A program made the position numbers and the translations under genes. 64,000 nt of DNA from Ignavibacteriales bacterium. GTDB taxonomy: Bacteria; Bacteroidota; Ignavibacteria; UBA10030; UBA8401. The stretch lies in NCBI GenBank assembly GCA_026390635.1, contig JAPLFO010000148.1:60080-124079 (forward strand), read 5' to 3'. How positions within the stretch are numbered: the stretch's first letter is position 1; each line of letters starts with the position of its first letter. Below the pieces are notes generated by a model, which made no database searches, was not told the origin of the DNA, and saw only the letters and a list, made by a program, of their open reading frames with translations. Of the stretch, positions 7,823 to 16,823 are shown one piece after another.

Positions 7823-10507
7823 CTATCTCAGCAGCAGCATCTTCTTCATGAGAGAAGAGCCGTTCCATTCGAGCTTCGCCACGTAGATCCCGCTGGCAAA
7901 GCGCGACGCATCGAACGTCACATGATAAAATTCTCCGGCAGTTGCCGGACCGTCGAACAGCGTCGCCACTTTCTGGCCAAGCATATTGTAAACGACGACT
8001 GTTGCGCGAGTGTTTTCCGAGAGAACAAATTCCAGCGCAGTGGCGGGATTAAAGGGATTTGGATAATTTTGCGCAAGCATTGCGATCGATGGCATGACCG
8101 CCCTCTGCGAAACCACTCCCACCTGAATTTCGGGGAAATACGCTCGACGGACCAGCGTTGTATCCACAATAAACGGATTGGGCTTGCCGCTTTCATACTT
8201 CGCAATCAGAAACGTACGCGCATGTTCGAGCGAATCCACCGGATCCAGATAGTGCCAGCGGTAGATGGTGCTCAATTGGTTTCTGAAGAAGACTGGATCG
8301 GCAGCATCTGCTTGGCTCTTATACATCGTGTAGAAATAGCAGAGCGCGCGAGCGATGTTTCCTTTGTGATCGGCGCGGGGCTCAAAGATAACGCCGGACT
8401 TGACTTTGCTGTATTCTTCGATCAGCAGCGTAGGTTTGAATTGAGTTTTTGTTGTCAACCGGTACCAGTAGCTCACTTCATTGTCAGGAATATCGCCATA
8501 GGGATAGTTGCCGCGGTCACTGTTCACACCGATTTGCGTCGGGAAGAGATGATGCATATCGCTTTGCGCCTGACCACTGGCCCCCTTGGATTGCGGAAAT
8601 GTATGCTCCACGTTCAAACCGCTTCCGCCCGCTCCTTCATAACCGGTATACACGCAGCGCACATTGCTGTTGGGAAGTCTGTACACTTCGGCGAAGAGCG
8701 CCGGCGGCGGATATCCCTGCGTGGTGGAAGGTTTGTACGACGTGACAATGTTCGCCAGTAGTGTTGTTCCGCTCTGCCCTGCGAAGAGCACCTGCTGCGG
8801 CACCTGATACGCTGTCGCAGTAGTAAATACCGCGGTTGGGGAGTATTCGCTTGATCCCGCCGAGTTTGCCGCGCGGACATGCCAGTAATATTTTGTCTGC
8901 ATCTGTAACGGTGCAAGAACCATGCTGTTGCCGGTAATAGTAGAATCGTCCAGTACGGTCAATACAAAGTCTGATTGTAGCGATACTTGCACACGATACG
9001 ACGCCGCTCCCTGTACCGCAGACCAGTTTAGACGCGGAGTGACAGGTATGGAGGCCGATCCGTCCGCCGGAGAAATTGTTTGCGGCACTTCGGGAATGAT
9101 CGGCCCGTCCGACGGAATCGCCGTCGCGATCGGACTTCTCCAGAGCGCGGACCAGGACGAGCCGTTCCGCACGAAAACGCGAAATGCATACGAAGCAGCA
9201 TTCGTCAACCCCATAACCGTTACCGTGTCAGCGGTTCCCTTGTAGACAACATAGGTACCTGCACCAACCGACGTTCCCTGTCCAAAGAACGCGTTCGCTG
9301 TATAGGATGATCCGTTGCCGCTTGGAATTGCGCTGACATCTTTTCCTGATGCACCAACGATGACAACTTCATCCCAAAAGACCCCCTGCGGTCCCGCATA
9401 GTTCTGCCATTGTAGTTTGACGTGTCGGTTTCCAGTCAGCGTTACCAGATGTGCGACCCCATGCACTTCCGCAGTATCCATAATCACAGGTGTACCGGCA
9501 GAAAAACCTGTGTCTTTGTATGCGAACGATTTGAAATAATATTTCTTGTGTTCCAGCAAGCCGGTCACCGTCACGGCATTGTCGGTGCCGTTATAGACAA
9601 GCTTTGAAGCACCAAAAGCTGCTGCTTTCGGATAATCTGACGATGCTCCGAGTAATGTGTGCCCGGGCACCGTTGGTACAAAATCTACCGGCAGATCTTC
9701 GCGCACAAATACCAAGACCGAATCGTCTCCATAGGCAGGAGCCTCCCAGCCGATATTCATCGCGCTCTCGCTGACGTAATTGACGGAGAACAATCTCGGG
9801 TTCGGGACAAAAATGCCGTTTCCCGCCGACACGACGGAAATGTCGTCAAAACCGACGCTCGCGCTGGTTCCGGATTCCACTCCGCGCCAGACGGCCCAGC
9901 GCAGCTGCACGACCGGCTGGTTTCCTGCATCCGGCGGAAGAATCAGATCCGTGAAGACATCTTTCGCTCCCTGAAGGCGGTCGCTGTTCCCGTGGAAATA
10001 CAAAGATGCCGGAACCGTGGCCCAGACGCCGGTTGTGCCGACACGATACTGAAGGACTACACCGACCGATCGGGTAATATCAGAAATCGCAGTAATCGAA
10101 TAGCCGACTTTGACATTGATGATATCCGTTGTATTGATGGCGAGCGCCAATTGATCGACGCCGTTCGTTGCGTTGCCGCTTGTTTGGATATAGACTTGAG
10201 CATTCCCATTCGCCACATATCCATATGCTCCGCCGGCCTGTTGGATTATTGCCGCCGCCGTTATCGTTGCATTCCCTGTCGGTGCACTTGTTTCGGCGAG
10301 CACCTGCGTATTCACCACAGTACCGCTAATGCCGTTCCAGATCACAAAACCCGGCGGCATCGAGGTGAATCCCGAAGTTCCAAAGTCCTGAGAAACCGGA
10401 AGAGTTTGCGGCGTTGGATTTGTCTGTCCAACAAGGATCGAAGTAGAGAGCATGGCAGCGACACTTGCTGCCACAAAACAACGGAGGACGCGAACTAGTG
10501 ATCTCAT
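7823..10507 (-). CDS. Secreted endonuclease I family nuclease with FN3-like domains and a C-terminal T9SS sorting domain
   Basis: The block VEHTFPQSKG...DMHHLFPTQIGVNSDRGNYPYG matches the endonuclease I (EndA/Vvn) catalytic motifs EHxxP / DLHHLxP / NSxRGN. An FN3-like block follows (PRLNWSAVQGAASYRVQVS...YYWHVRA). The C-terminus NYPNPFNPATALEF...VYNMLGQKV...GIYVAKL...KKMLLLR is a type A T9SS domain. The start is set at MRSLVRVL..., which reads as a signal peptide. Confidence 0.75.
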   Translation of the reverse strand: MRSLVRVLRCFVAASVAAMLSTSILVGQTNPTPQTLPVSQDFGTSGFTSMPPGFVIWNGISGTVVNTQVLAETSAPTGNATITAAAIIQQAGGAYGYVANGNAQVYIQTSGNATNGVDQLALAINTTDIINVKVGYSITAISDITRSVGVVLQYRVGTTGVWATVPASLYFHGNSDRLQGAKDVFTDLILPPDAGNQPVVQLRWAVWRGVESGTSASVGFDDISVVSAGNGIFVPNPRLFSVNYVSESAMNIGWEAPAYGDDSVLVFVREDLPVDFVPTVPGHTLLGASSDYPKAAAFGASKLVYNGTDNAVTVTGLLEHKKYYFKSFAYKDTGFSAGTPVIMDTAEVHGVAHLVTLTGNRHVKLQWQNYAGPQGVFWDEVVIVGASGKDVSAIPSGNGSSYTANAFFGQGTSVGAGTYVVYKGTADTVTVMGLTNAASYAFRVFVRNGSSWSALWRSPIATAIPSDGPIIPEVPQTISPADGSASIPVTPRLNWSAVQGAASYRVQVSLQSDFVLTVLDDSTITGNSMVLAPLQMQTKYYWHVRAANSAGSSEYSPTAVFTTATAYQVPQQVLFAGQSGTTLLANIVTSYKPSTTQGYPPPALFAEVYRLPNSNVRCVYTGYEGAGGSGLNVEHTFPQSKGASGQAQSDMHHLFPTQIGVNSDRGNYPYGDIPDNEVSYWYRLTTKTQFKPTLLIEEYSKVKSGVIFEPRADHKGNIARALCYFYTMYKSQADAADPVFFRNQLSTIYRWHYLDPVDSLEHARTFLIAKYESGKPNPFIVDTTLVRRAYFPEIQVGVVSQRAVMPSIAMLAQNYPNPFNPATALEFVLSENTRATVVVYNMLGQKVATLFDGPATAGEFYHVTFDASRFASGIYVAKLEWNGSSLMKKMLLLR

Positions 10508-10728
10508 GAAGCAAAACTCCAAATTTGAATAGAGACGTTGAGTTAAATGTACTACCCAATTCCCTTCTTTCATAAACAAATCTTGGCAAAATTACGCTCC
10601 GCGGTAGAGAAACTGGACCACCTGCCCTTTCAGCAATTATGTTTTCCTGATGTTTTCGCAACTTACCGGGCTAAATCGGCGTAGTACAAAGGATTTCACG
10701 TACACTCACAATCAACAGCGCCGATTCC

Positions 10729-11826
10729 ATGACGACACAAAAAAAGATTACAATTTCTGCAGCCGGCGTCGTTATCGCCGGTATTGCTGCATTTCTCATT
10801 TTCGGAAACAGTAAATCATCGGGCAATAGCGAACTCCCCAGAGTGAAAGTGACCAAAGGAACCATTGTCGACAAAGCGCTGGCCGTGGGAACTATCGAGC
10901 CGGAAAATGAGATCTCCATCAAATCGAAAGTCTCGGGCGTGGTCAGCAAGATTTTTACCGACGTCGGCGTGTATGTGAAAATGGGGCAACCGCTTCTTGA
11001 AGTGCGGCCGGATCCGACACCGCTGGAACTGGCGGATGCAAAACGCCAGGTGCAGCTGAGTCAGGTGGATCTGGACAACCTGAAAAAGGAGCAGGTGCGC
11101 TCGCAAAGTCTCTTTAAGAACAAAATGATTTCAAACAAGGAGTATGAAGATTTTCAAAAACGGTTTGAAGAATCAAAACTCCGCGTGATGATCGCGACGG
11201 AAAAGCTTGCATTGATGGAGAGTGGAAAAGTGAAAATCGGAGAAACCGAAATTGAGTCCATCGTCAAAGCACCGATTTCCGGATTTGTCTTGAACCGAAC
11301 CGTCGAAGTCGGCGATCCGGTGACACCGCTGACCTCGTATCAGGAAGGGACCGTGCTGATGAAGATGGCCAATATGGAACGGCTCATCTTCAAGGGAACA
11401 GTGGACGAAATCGACGTCGGGAAGCTGAAAGAAGGAATGGCTGTTGAAATCAAAGTCGGCGCCCTGCCTGGCGATACGGTACGAGGAGTCCTTCGAAAAA
11501 TCTGGCTCAAGGCCGAGAAGAAAGACAATGCGGCGGTCTTCCCGATTGAAATACTGATACCGAGTTCCAGCAACAGAGTTCTCCGTGCCGGCTATTCCGC
11601 AAATGCCAACATCATTATTCAGAAGAAAAACAGCGTGCTCATCATCCCGGAACGCGTTATCACATTCAGCAACGATTCCGCATTTGTCAGCGTGGCTCTT
11701 GGCGCGAAGAAGGAAGAGAGACGCTGCATTAGAACCGGCCTCAGTGACGCCAGCAATATCGAGGTGACATCGGGTTTGAAAGAAGGAGACGATGTAGTAG
11801 AAAAACCGGTCAAGAAAATCGATTGA
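10729..11826 (+). CDS. HlyD/MacA-type periplasmic adaptor subunit
   Basis: N-terminal TM anchor, coiled-coil and beta-barrel regions. It immediately precedes two FtsX-type permease genes. Confidence 0.8.
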   Translation: MTTQKKITISAAGVVIAGIAAFLIFGNSKSSGNSELPRVKVTKGTIVDKALAVGTIEPENEISIKSKVSGVVSKIFTDVGVYVKMGQPLLEVRPDPTPLELADAKRQVQLSQVDLDNLKKEQVRSQSLFKNKMISNKEYEDFQKRFEESKLRVMIATEKLALMESGKVKIGETEIESIVKAPISGFVLNRTVEVGDPVTPLTSYQEGTVLMKMANMERLIFKGTVDEIDVGKLKEGMAVEIKVGALPGDTVRGVLRKIWLKAEKKDNAAVFPIEILIPSSSNRVLRAGYSANANIIIQKKNSVLIIPERVITFSNDSAFVSVALGAKKEERRCIRTGLSDASNIEVTSGLKEGDDVVEKPVKKID

Positions 11827-11848
11827 TCATCGGCACCACGAGAGCAGA

Positions 11849-13078
11849 ATGGAAACAGGGACAATTATTTCGGAATTCATGATTGATCTGCGGGCACAGA
11901 AGCTTCGGGCATTTCTGACAATGTTCGGCATCATCTGGGGCACGGTTGCGATCGTCGTGCTCGTGGCGTTCGGGATGGGTTTCAAGAAGCAGACTGCTGC
12001 CAACATGCACGGAATCGGTGAAGGCATTGCGATTATGTTTCCCGGAAAGACTACAACACCGTGGGCGGGATACGGAATCGGCCGACAGATGTTCCTTGTC
12101 GAAGAGGATACGAAGTTAATCGCGGCGCGCGTGCCGAATATTTCGGCAATCAGCCCGGAGTATTCCACCCGCAGCGTTGCACGCGTGGGCGAGAACGTCA
12201 TGAATCCGCTTGTTTCCGGAGTCAACATTGTGTACGGCGACATGCGAAATATTATTCCGGATGCCGGAGGCCGTTTCTTTGATTCCTACGATCTGCGCGA
12301 ACGCCGGAGAGTTGCGGTGATCGGCAACAAAGTAAAGGAACTTCTTTTCGGTGAACAGTCCGCCATCGGTAAGACGGTGCTCGTCGGGCCTACCCCCTTC
12401 ACAGTAATCGGCGTGATGCAGAAGAAGACACAGCCTTCCTCCTATAACAGCCGCGACCAGGACAGAATCTTCATTCCCCTGACGACATTTGCTTCCGTGT
12501 ACGGCTCGTATCGATTGAACAACATCATCTATCAGATCTCGGATCCACGGGTGGGCGAAGAGACCGAACGGCAGGTGCGGGAGGTCCTCAGCAAGCGGTA
12601 CAAATTCGATCCGAAGGACGAGGATGCCGTGTGGATCTGGGACACAACGGAATTTGACCGGCTTTCCTTCTATATGTTTCTCGGAATCAATATCTTTCTC
12701 GGTTTGATCGGAAGCTTCACATTGGGAGTAGCAGGGCTTGGCGTTGCCAATATTATGTTTATCGTTGTCCAGGAACGCATCAAAGAAATCGGCATCAAGC
12801 GTGCTGTCGGCGCGACCAAGTCCAACATCCTTCTACAGTTTTTCTCGGAGACGTTTTTCATCGTATTCTCTGGCTCGATTCTGGGATTCCTCATATCGTA
12901 CGGTATCATCGCCGTTTTAGGAATGCTTCCGATAACTGAATACGTCGGCACACCGGAAATGTCTCTGGAGGTTGTTGCCATCACGGTGTGCGTTCTTATT
13001 ACCGTGGGACTTCTTGCCGGGCTGATGCCGGCACGCCGCGCAGCAAATCTGGACGTTGTCGAATGTCTCCGGATGTGA
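11849..13078 (+). CDS. ABC transporter permease, MacB/FtsX family (no ATPase domain)
   Basis: 409 aa: one N-terminal TM, a large periplasmic domain, then three C-terminal TMs (FtsX fold), beginning ...LRAFLTMFGIIWGTVAIVVLVAFG. Confidence 0.8.
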   Translation: METGTIISEFMIDLRAQKLRAFLTMFGIIWGTVAIVVLVAFGMGFKKQTAANMHGIGEGIAIMFPGKTTTPWAGYGIGRQMFLVEEDTKLIAARVPNISAISPEYSTRSVARVGENVMNPLVSGVNIVYGDMRNIIPDAGGRFFDSYDLRERRRVAVIGNKVKELLFGEQSAIGKTVLVGPTPFTVIGVMQKKTQPSSYNSRDQDRIFIPLTTFASVYGSYRLNNIIYQISDPRVGEETERQVREVLSKRYKFDPKDEDAVWIWDTTEFDRLSFYMFLGINIFLGLIGSFTLGVAGLGVANIMFIVVQERIKEIGIKRAVGATKSNILLQFFSETFFIVFSGSILGFLISYGIIAVLGMLPITEYVGTPEMSLEVVAITVCVLITVGLLAGLMPARRAANLDVVECLRM

Positions 13079-13152
13079 GTGACAGCTCAGCGGGTGGACT
13101 TCTTATTGATTGAATAGTTGCAGCCACGTAATAACAAAGCCTTTGGTCTTCC

Positions 13153-14394
13153 ATGCTTCTCGAGCTCTTTAGAGATTTTTTCCACGACATGCGCGCTCAT
13201 CGGACGCGGGCGGCACTCACGCTCATCGCCATCACGTGGGGAACCATTGCCGTGGTTCTCCTTCTCTCCTTCGGCCAGGGCCTGGGAAACCAGATGATGA
13301 AGGGAATGATGAATGCCGGAAACCGCATCATCGTCGTCTATGGCGGAGAAACCGGGATCGTCTATCAAGGCATGCCAAAGGGAAGAAGAATCCGATTTGT
13401 TGAGGATGATGCCACCCTGATCCGGGAGTCTGTTCCGGGGATAGGGCTGATTTCTCCCCAATACCGGACTAATGTGACTCTGACGTATGGAAAATTTTCA
13501 ACAACAGCCGAGTGCGAAGGCGTCAATCCGGATTTTGAAGATATGCGGCGGATGTTCCCCATGGCTGGCGGACGTTTTTTAGATGCGATCGATATTGTCG
13601 AACAGCGGCGAGTACTTGTTCTTGGATCAAGTATCGCAAAAGACATATTCAAGGATGAGAATCCGATCGGAAAGATTCTGCTCGCGGATGGAGTTCCGTA
13701 TACGATGGTCGGTGTTATCCAGAAAAAGATTCAGACGGCGATGAACAACGGCCCCGACACGCGCCGGGCTATTATTCCTTATTCCACGTTCCGCACATCG
13801 TATGGAAACAAATACGTCAATTCGATTGCCATCCAGCCGTCCGATCCGCAGCGACAAGAACGTATCAAAACCTCCATCTATGAAGTACTGGGAAGAAAAT
13901 ATCATTTTGACCCGGCTGACGAACGCGCAGTGCAATTCTGGGATTTCATCGAGGCCGAAAAGATCAGTACCAAAATCAGCACCGGAGTGACAATCTTTCT
14001 TTTCTTTATTGGATTCCTCACGCTTTTGATCGCCGGTGTCGGAGTCGCAAACGTCATGTACGTGGTAGTGAAGGAGCGAACGAAAGAAATCGGGATTAAG
14101 ATGGCTATCGGGGCGCGCCGCAGTTACATTCTGGCGCAATTTGTCTTCGAGTCGCTTCTTCTTGCTCTCTCGGGCGGTGGTATTGGGATTCTCTTTTCGT
14201 ACGGCGTTATTTCGGTTTTCCGGATGATCCCGGCGGAAGAGGGGGCAATGCAGTTTGTCGGCCATCCGGTCTTTTCTATCCCCCTGGTCCTTCTCACGGT
14301 CGGAATATTGACTGTCATTGGATTTGTGGCAGGCGTTTTTCCCGCATACAAAGCCGCAAAGATGGATCCCGTGGAATCCCTGCGGTACGAATGA
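13153..14394 (+). CDS. ABC transporter permease, MacB/FtsX family (second paralog)
   Basis: 413 aa with the same architecture (...TRAALTLIAITWGTIAVVLLLSFG), in tandem with the preceding permease. Confidence 0.8.
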   Translation: MLLELFRDFFHDMRAHRTRAALTLIAITWGTIAVVLLLSFGQGLGNQMMKGMMNAGNRIIVVYGGETGIVYQGMPKGRRIRFVEDDATLIRESVPGIGLISPQYRTNVTLTYGKFSTTAECEGVNPDFEDMRRMFPMAGGRFLDAIDIVEQRRVLVLGSSIAKDIFKDENPIGKILLADGVPYTMVGVIQKKIQTAMNNGPDTRRAIIPYSTFRTSYGNKYVNSIAIQPSDPQRQERIKTSIYEVLGRKYHFDPADERAVQFWDFIEAEKISTKISTGVTIFLFFIGFLTLLIAGVGVANVMYVVVKERTKEIGIKMAIGARRSYILAQFVFESLLLALSGGGIGILFSYGVISVFRMIPAEEGAMQFVGHPVFSIPLVLLTVGILTVIGFVAGVFPAYKAAKMDPVESLRYE

Positions 14395-14502
14395 TTGCAG
14401 TTGCTTGACAGCCCGCACCTGCTTATTTTTAATTGTTCCTCGCCTCCACTGGAGAGGCCGCGCATGGTGTGAGTTGTCGATTTTCCATCAGAGAAAATAG
14501 CA

Positions 14503-15363
14503 ATGAAAAAGAGAAACGCATTCGCAGTCATTCTCGCAACGGCGGTCGGTGTCGGATCTCTCGCATATCTCTTCTTGTGGGGAACGCTCTTCCCCTATTC
14601 GCCGGTCGTTCTTGGCTTTGCCAGACACGAGCTTTCTTATGTCGTCATCTATGTTCAAGACGGAGCCGGTTACAGCGACTTCACCCGAATCGACACACTC
14701 GTTCCGGTAGTTGAAGAATTTCACGATCTCCGATTTTTGAAAAAACCGGACCTTTTTATTTTCCGGGATAGCAGCAATTATCTTCAACGCTCACCCTCCA
14801 ATGCGAGAATCTGCGCATTTTACAATGGCGCCATTGTGATTTCTCCATGGCTTGTACAGGAAGACCGGGATGGTGTTCTTTCGTTGAGTGTCTATGTACA
14901 GCACGAATTGTCACACTCGCTCTTGTTCCAGCATATGGGATTCTACCGGGCATACCGTTCACCGCAATGGCTGATCGAAGGTATTGCGGTCTTCAGTACA
15001 AACCAGATGGGCACTTCATTTTATCCCGGAAGGGAAGAGACGTACGCTCTCCTTCGCCAGGGAAATTACATGCCTCCCCAATATTTCAAAACATCAAAAG
15101 AAGATGATGTCACCCTCAATGTTCGCTACCGATTAGCCTTCATGTATTCTGAATTTGCGTGTATCGTCGACTATCTGGTAGCCGTTGGGGGAAGAAACAA
15201 ATTTCTCGCATATATGAAAAGCCTGCTGCACAACTCAAACCATGATGCGGTGTTCAAAGATGTGTATGGAATCGACTTTGATCAGAGTCTGTCGAATTTC
15301 AGAGAACACGTGAAGATACAGGATACGACACAAGTGGTTCGACCGCCGGCATCAGAAAGATAA
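14503..15363 (+). CDS. Hypothetical membrane-anchored protein with an HExxH motif (possible zinc metallopeptidase)
   Basis: N-terminal TM/signal MKKRNAFAVILATAVGVGSLAYLFLWG; VQHELSHSL contains HELSH. I recognise no family. Confidence 0.45.
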   Translation: MKKRNAFAVILATAVGVGSLAYLFLWGTLFPYSPVVLGFARHELSYVVIYVQDGAGYSDFTRIDTLVPVVEEFHDLRFLKKPDLFIFRDSSNYLQRSPSNARICAFYNGAIVISPWLVQEDRDGVLSLSVYVQHELSHSLLFQHMGFYRAYRSPQWLIEGIAVFSTNQMGTSFYPGREETYALLRQGNYMPPQYFKTSKEDDVTLNVRYRLAFMYSEFACIVDYLVAVGGRNKFLAYMKSLLHNSNHDAVFKDVYGIDFDQSLSNFREHVKIQDTTQVVRPPASER

Positions 15364-15436
15364 TAAGGGACTGGATCTGCCGCGGATCCCGAGCAGAGAC
15401 GACTCGATCAACAAGAATGGAACTGTGCACAGAATA

Positions 15437-16702
15437 TTATTTTGCCACCAGCATTTTGCGTGCAGCCGAAAAAGATCCTGCAGTAAGCCGATAGAAATAG
15501 ACACCGCTTCGTAAGGTGCTCGCGTTGAATCGCTCTTCGTAATGTCCCGAAGCCCTCTTCCTGTCCACGAGCACCGCAACCTGACGACCAAGGCAATCAT
15601 ACACATGAAGCGACACATGTGTCGTTGTCGGTATGTCGAATGCAATCGTCGTTGAAGGATTGAAAGGATTCGGGTAGCACTGGTGCAATTCATATTCTGA
15701 GACGGTCACATTCCTCTTTTGTGTGATGGAAGTAGGCTGGCCGGCATATTTCAGAACATAACCGTCCGCCGCAGCAACCCATCCATAGTGGACACCGTTC
15801 ACCAGAACAAAACTCAGATGCCACAAACCTCTGGCAGCCTGCCGGTATTGCTCGATCCATGTCGCTCCCGCATCAGTGCTTCTATACACGGCTGAATCTC
15901 CTGTCGCCCAGCAATCACCGTTTTCGACGCCACAGACATTAAAGGTGCCGCTCATGAGTCTATTGTTCCAGGTCCATTGTGTTCCACCGTCGGATGTGCG
16001 ATAGAATCCGCTTGAAAACGCAACAACTCCTCGTAACGAATCAATGAACCAAATGCCATAACTGTCATCAAATGGGGCAGCTTTTGCAGTCCACGTCGTA
16101 CCTCGATCTGTTGACTGATAAACCCGGTGCCCGCCGCATCCGATAGTTCCAAACCATACAAATCTGCCATGGGCAACCGCTATTGAATTAATATGCCCTA
16201 CTTCACACTTGGGCATCTTAGGCGCCCCCTGAAGGAGGTTCCAGGTTAATCCGCCGTCGCTTGTCCGGATTATATGCCAGACTGAATCCAGCGGGTCGCC
16301 GACAGCAATGCCGTTGAGACGGTCGAACATCCTTATGCCATCGATAAACGTGCTGTCAGTGTACACGATCGTCCATGACCGGCCTTGGTCGGAGGAACGA
16401 TGGATAAACCTCATTTTGTTCTTTTCCGACGCTGCCAAAACTACGCCGTCAGTAGTCACTTCTATTGTCGGAAATGATCCGGAGATGCTTTTGTACCAGG
16501 ATGAGCCGCCATCGGATGTATTGAAAACGCCCGCGTTGCCGCATACCCAGGCAATAAGCGGGCTCACCGTCTTGACGGACCACGTGTATTGATTTTCTCC
16601 GATGTATTGTCTGTTCCAAACAGTGGACTGCGAGAGAAGTGTGTGGACCCCGGGCGCAGCAATGAAGAGAAAAAATGCAATCATTCTTCTGGGAGAGGAC
16701 AT
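15437..16702 (-). CDS. BNR/Asp-box repeat beta-propeller protein with a C-terminal T9SS sorting domain
   Basis: Six SxDxGxTW-type repeats (TSDGGSSWY, SSDQGRSWT, TSDGGLTWN, STDRGTTWT, TSDGGTQWT, STDAGATWI). The C-terminus CYPNPFNPSTTIAFDIP...VYDCLGRQV...GVYFYRLTAG...KMLVAK is a T9SS domain. Confidence 0.7.
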   Translation of the reverse strand: MSSPRRMIAFFLFIAAPGVHTLLSQSTVWNRQYIGENQYTWSVKTVSPLIAWVCGNAGVFNTSDGGSSWYKSISGSFPTIEVTTDGVVLAASEKNKMRFIHRSSDQGRSWTIVYTDSTFIDGIRMFDRLNGIAVGDPLDSVWHIIRTSDGGLTWNLLQGAPKMPKCEVGHINSIAVAHGRFVWFGTIGCGGHRVYQSTDRGTTWTAKAAPFDDSYGIWFIDSLRGVVAFSSGFYRTSDGGTQWTWNNRLMSGTFNVCGVENGDCWATGDSAVYRSTDAGATWIEQYRQAARGLWHLSFVLVNGVHYGWVAAADGYVLKYAGQPTSITQKRNVTVSEYELHQCYPNPFNPSTTIAFDIPTTTHVSLHVYDCLGRQVAVLVDRKRASGHYEERFNASTLRSGVYFYRLTAGSFSAARKMLVAK

Positions 16703-16823
16703 GGCCTTATCCTTTCTTTCTACGGTCTTGAGAGAAACAAGAGCCGACTTTGTGTTTTCATTTATTGCTTCAGATGGAGCTTCTTCTTCTTTTCCACATG
16801 CCGGGCAATAAAGAAGTTCTTGC

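Noticed and set aside
7667-8761. 364-aa plus-strand ORF (and 9659-10498 plus, 279 aa) overlapping the nuclease gene
   Set aside because: Both lie antisense within a gene that has strong domain evidence (endonuclease I, FN3, T9SS domain). Their products are Arg/His-rich with low complexity, typical of shadow ORFs in GC-rich DNA.
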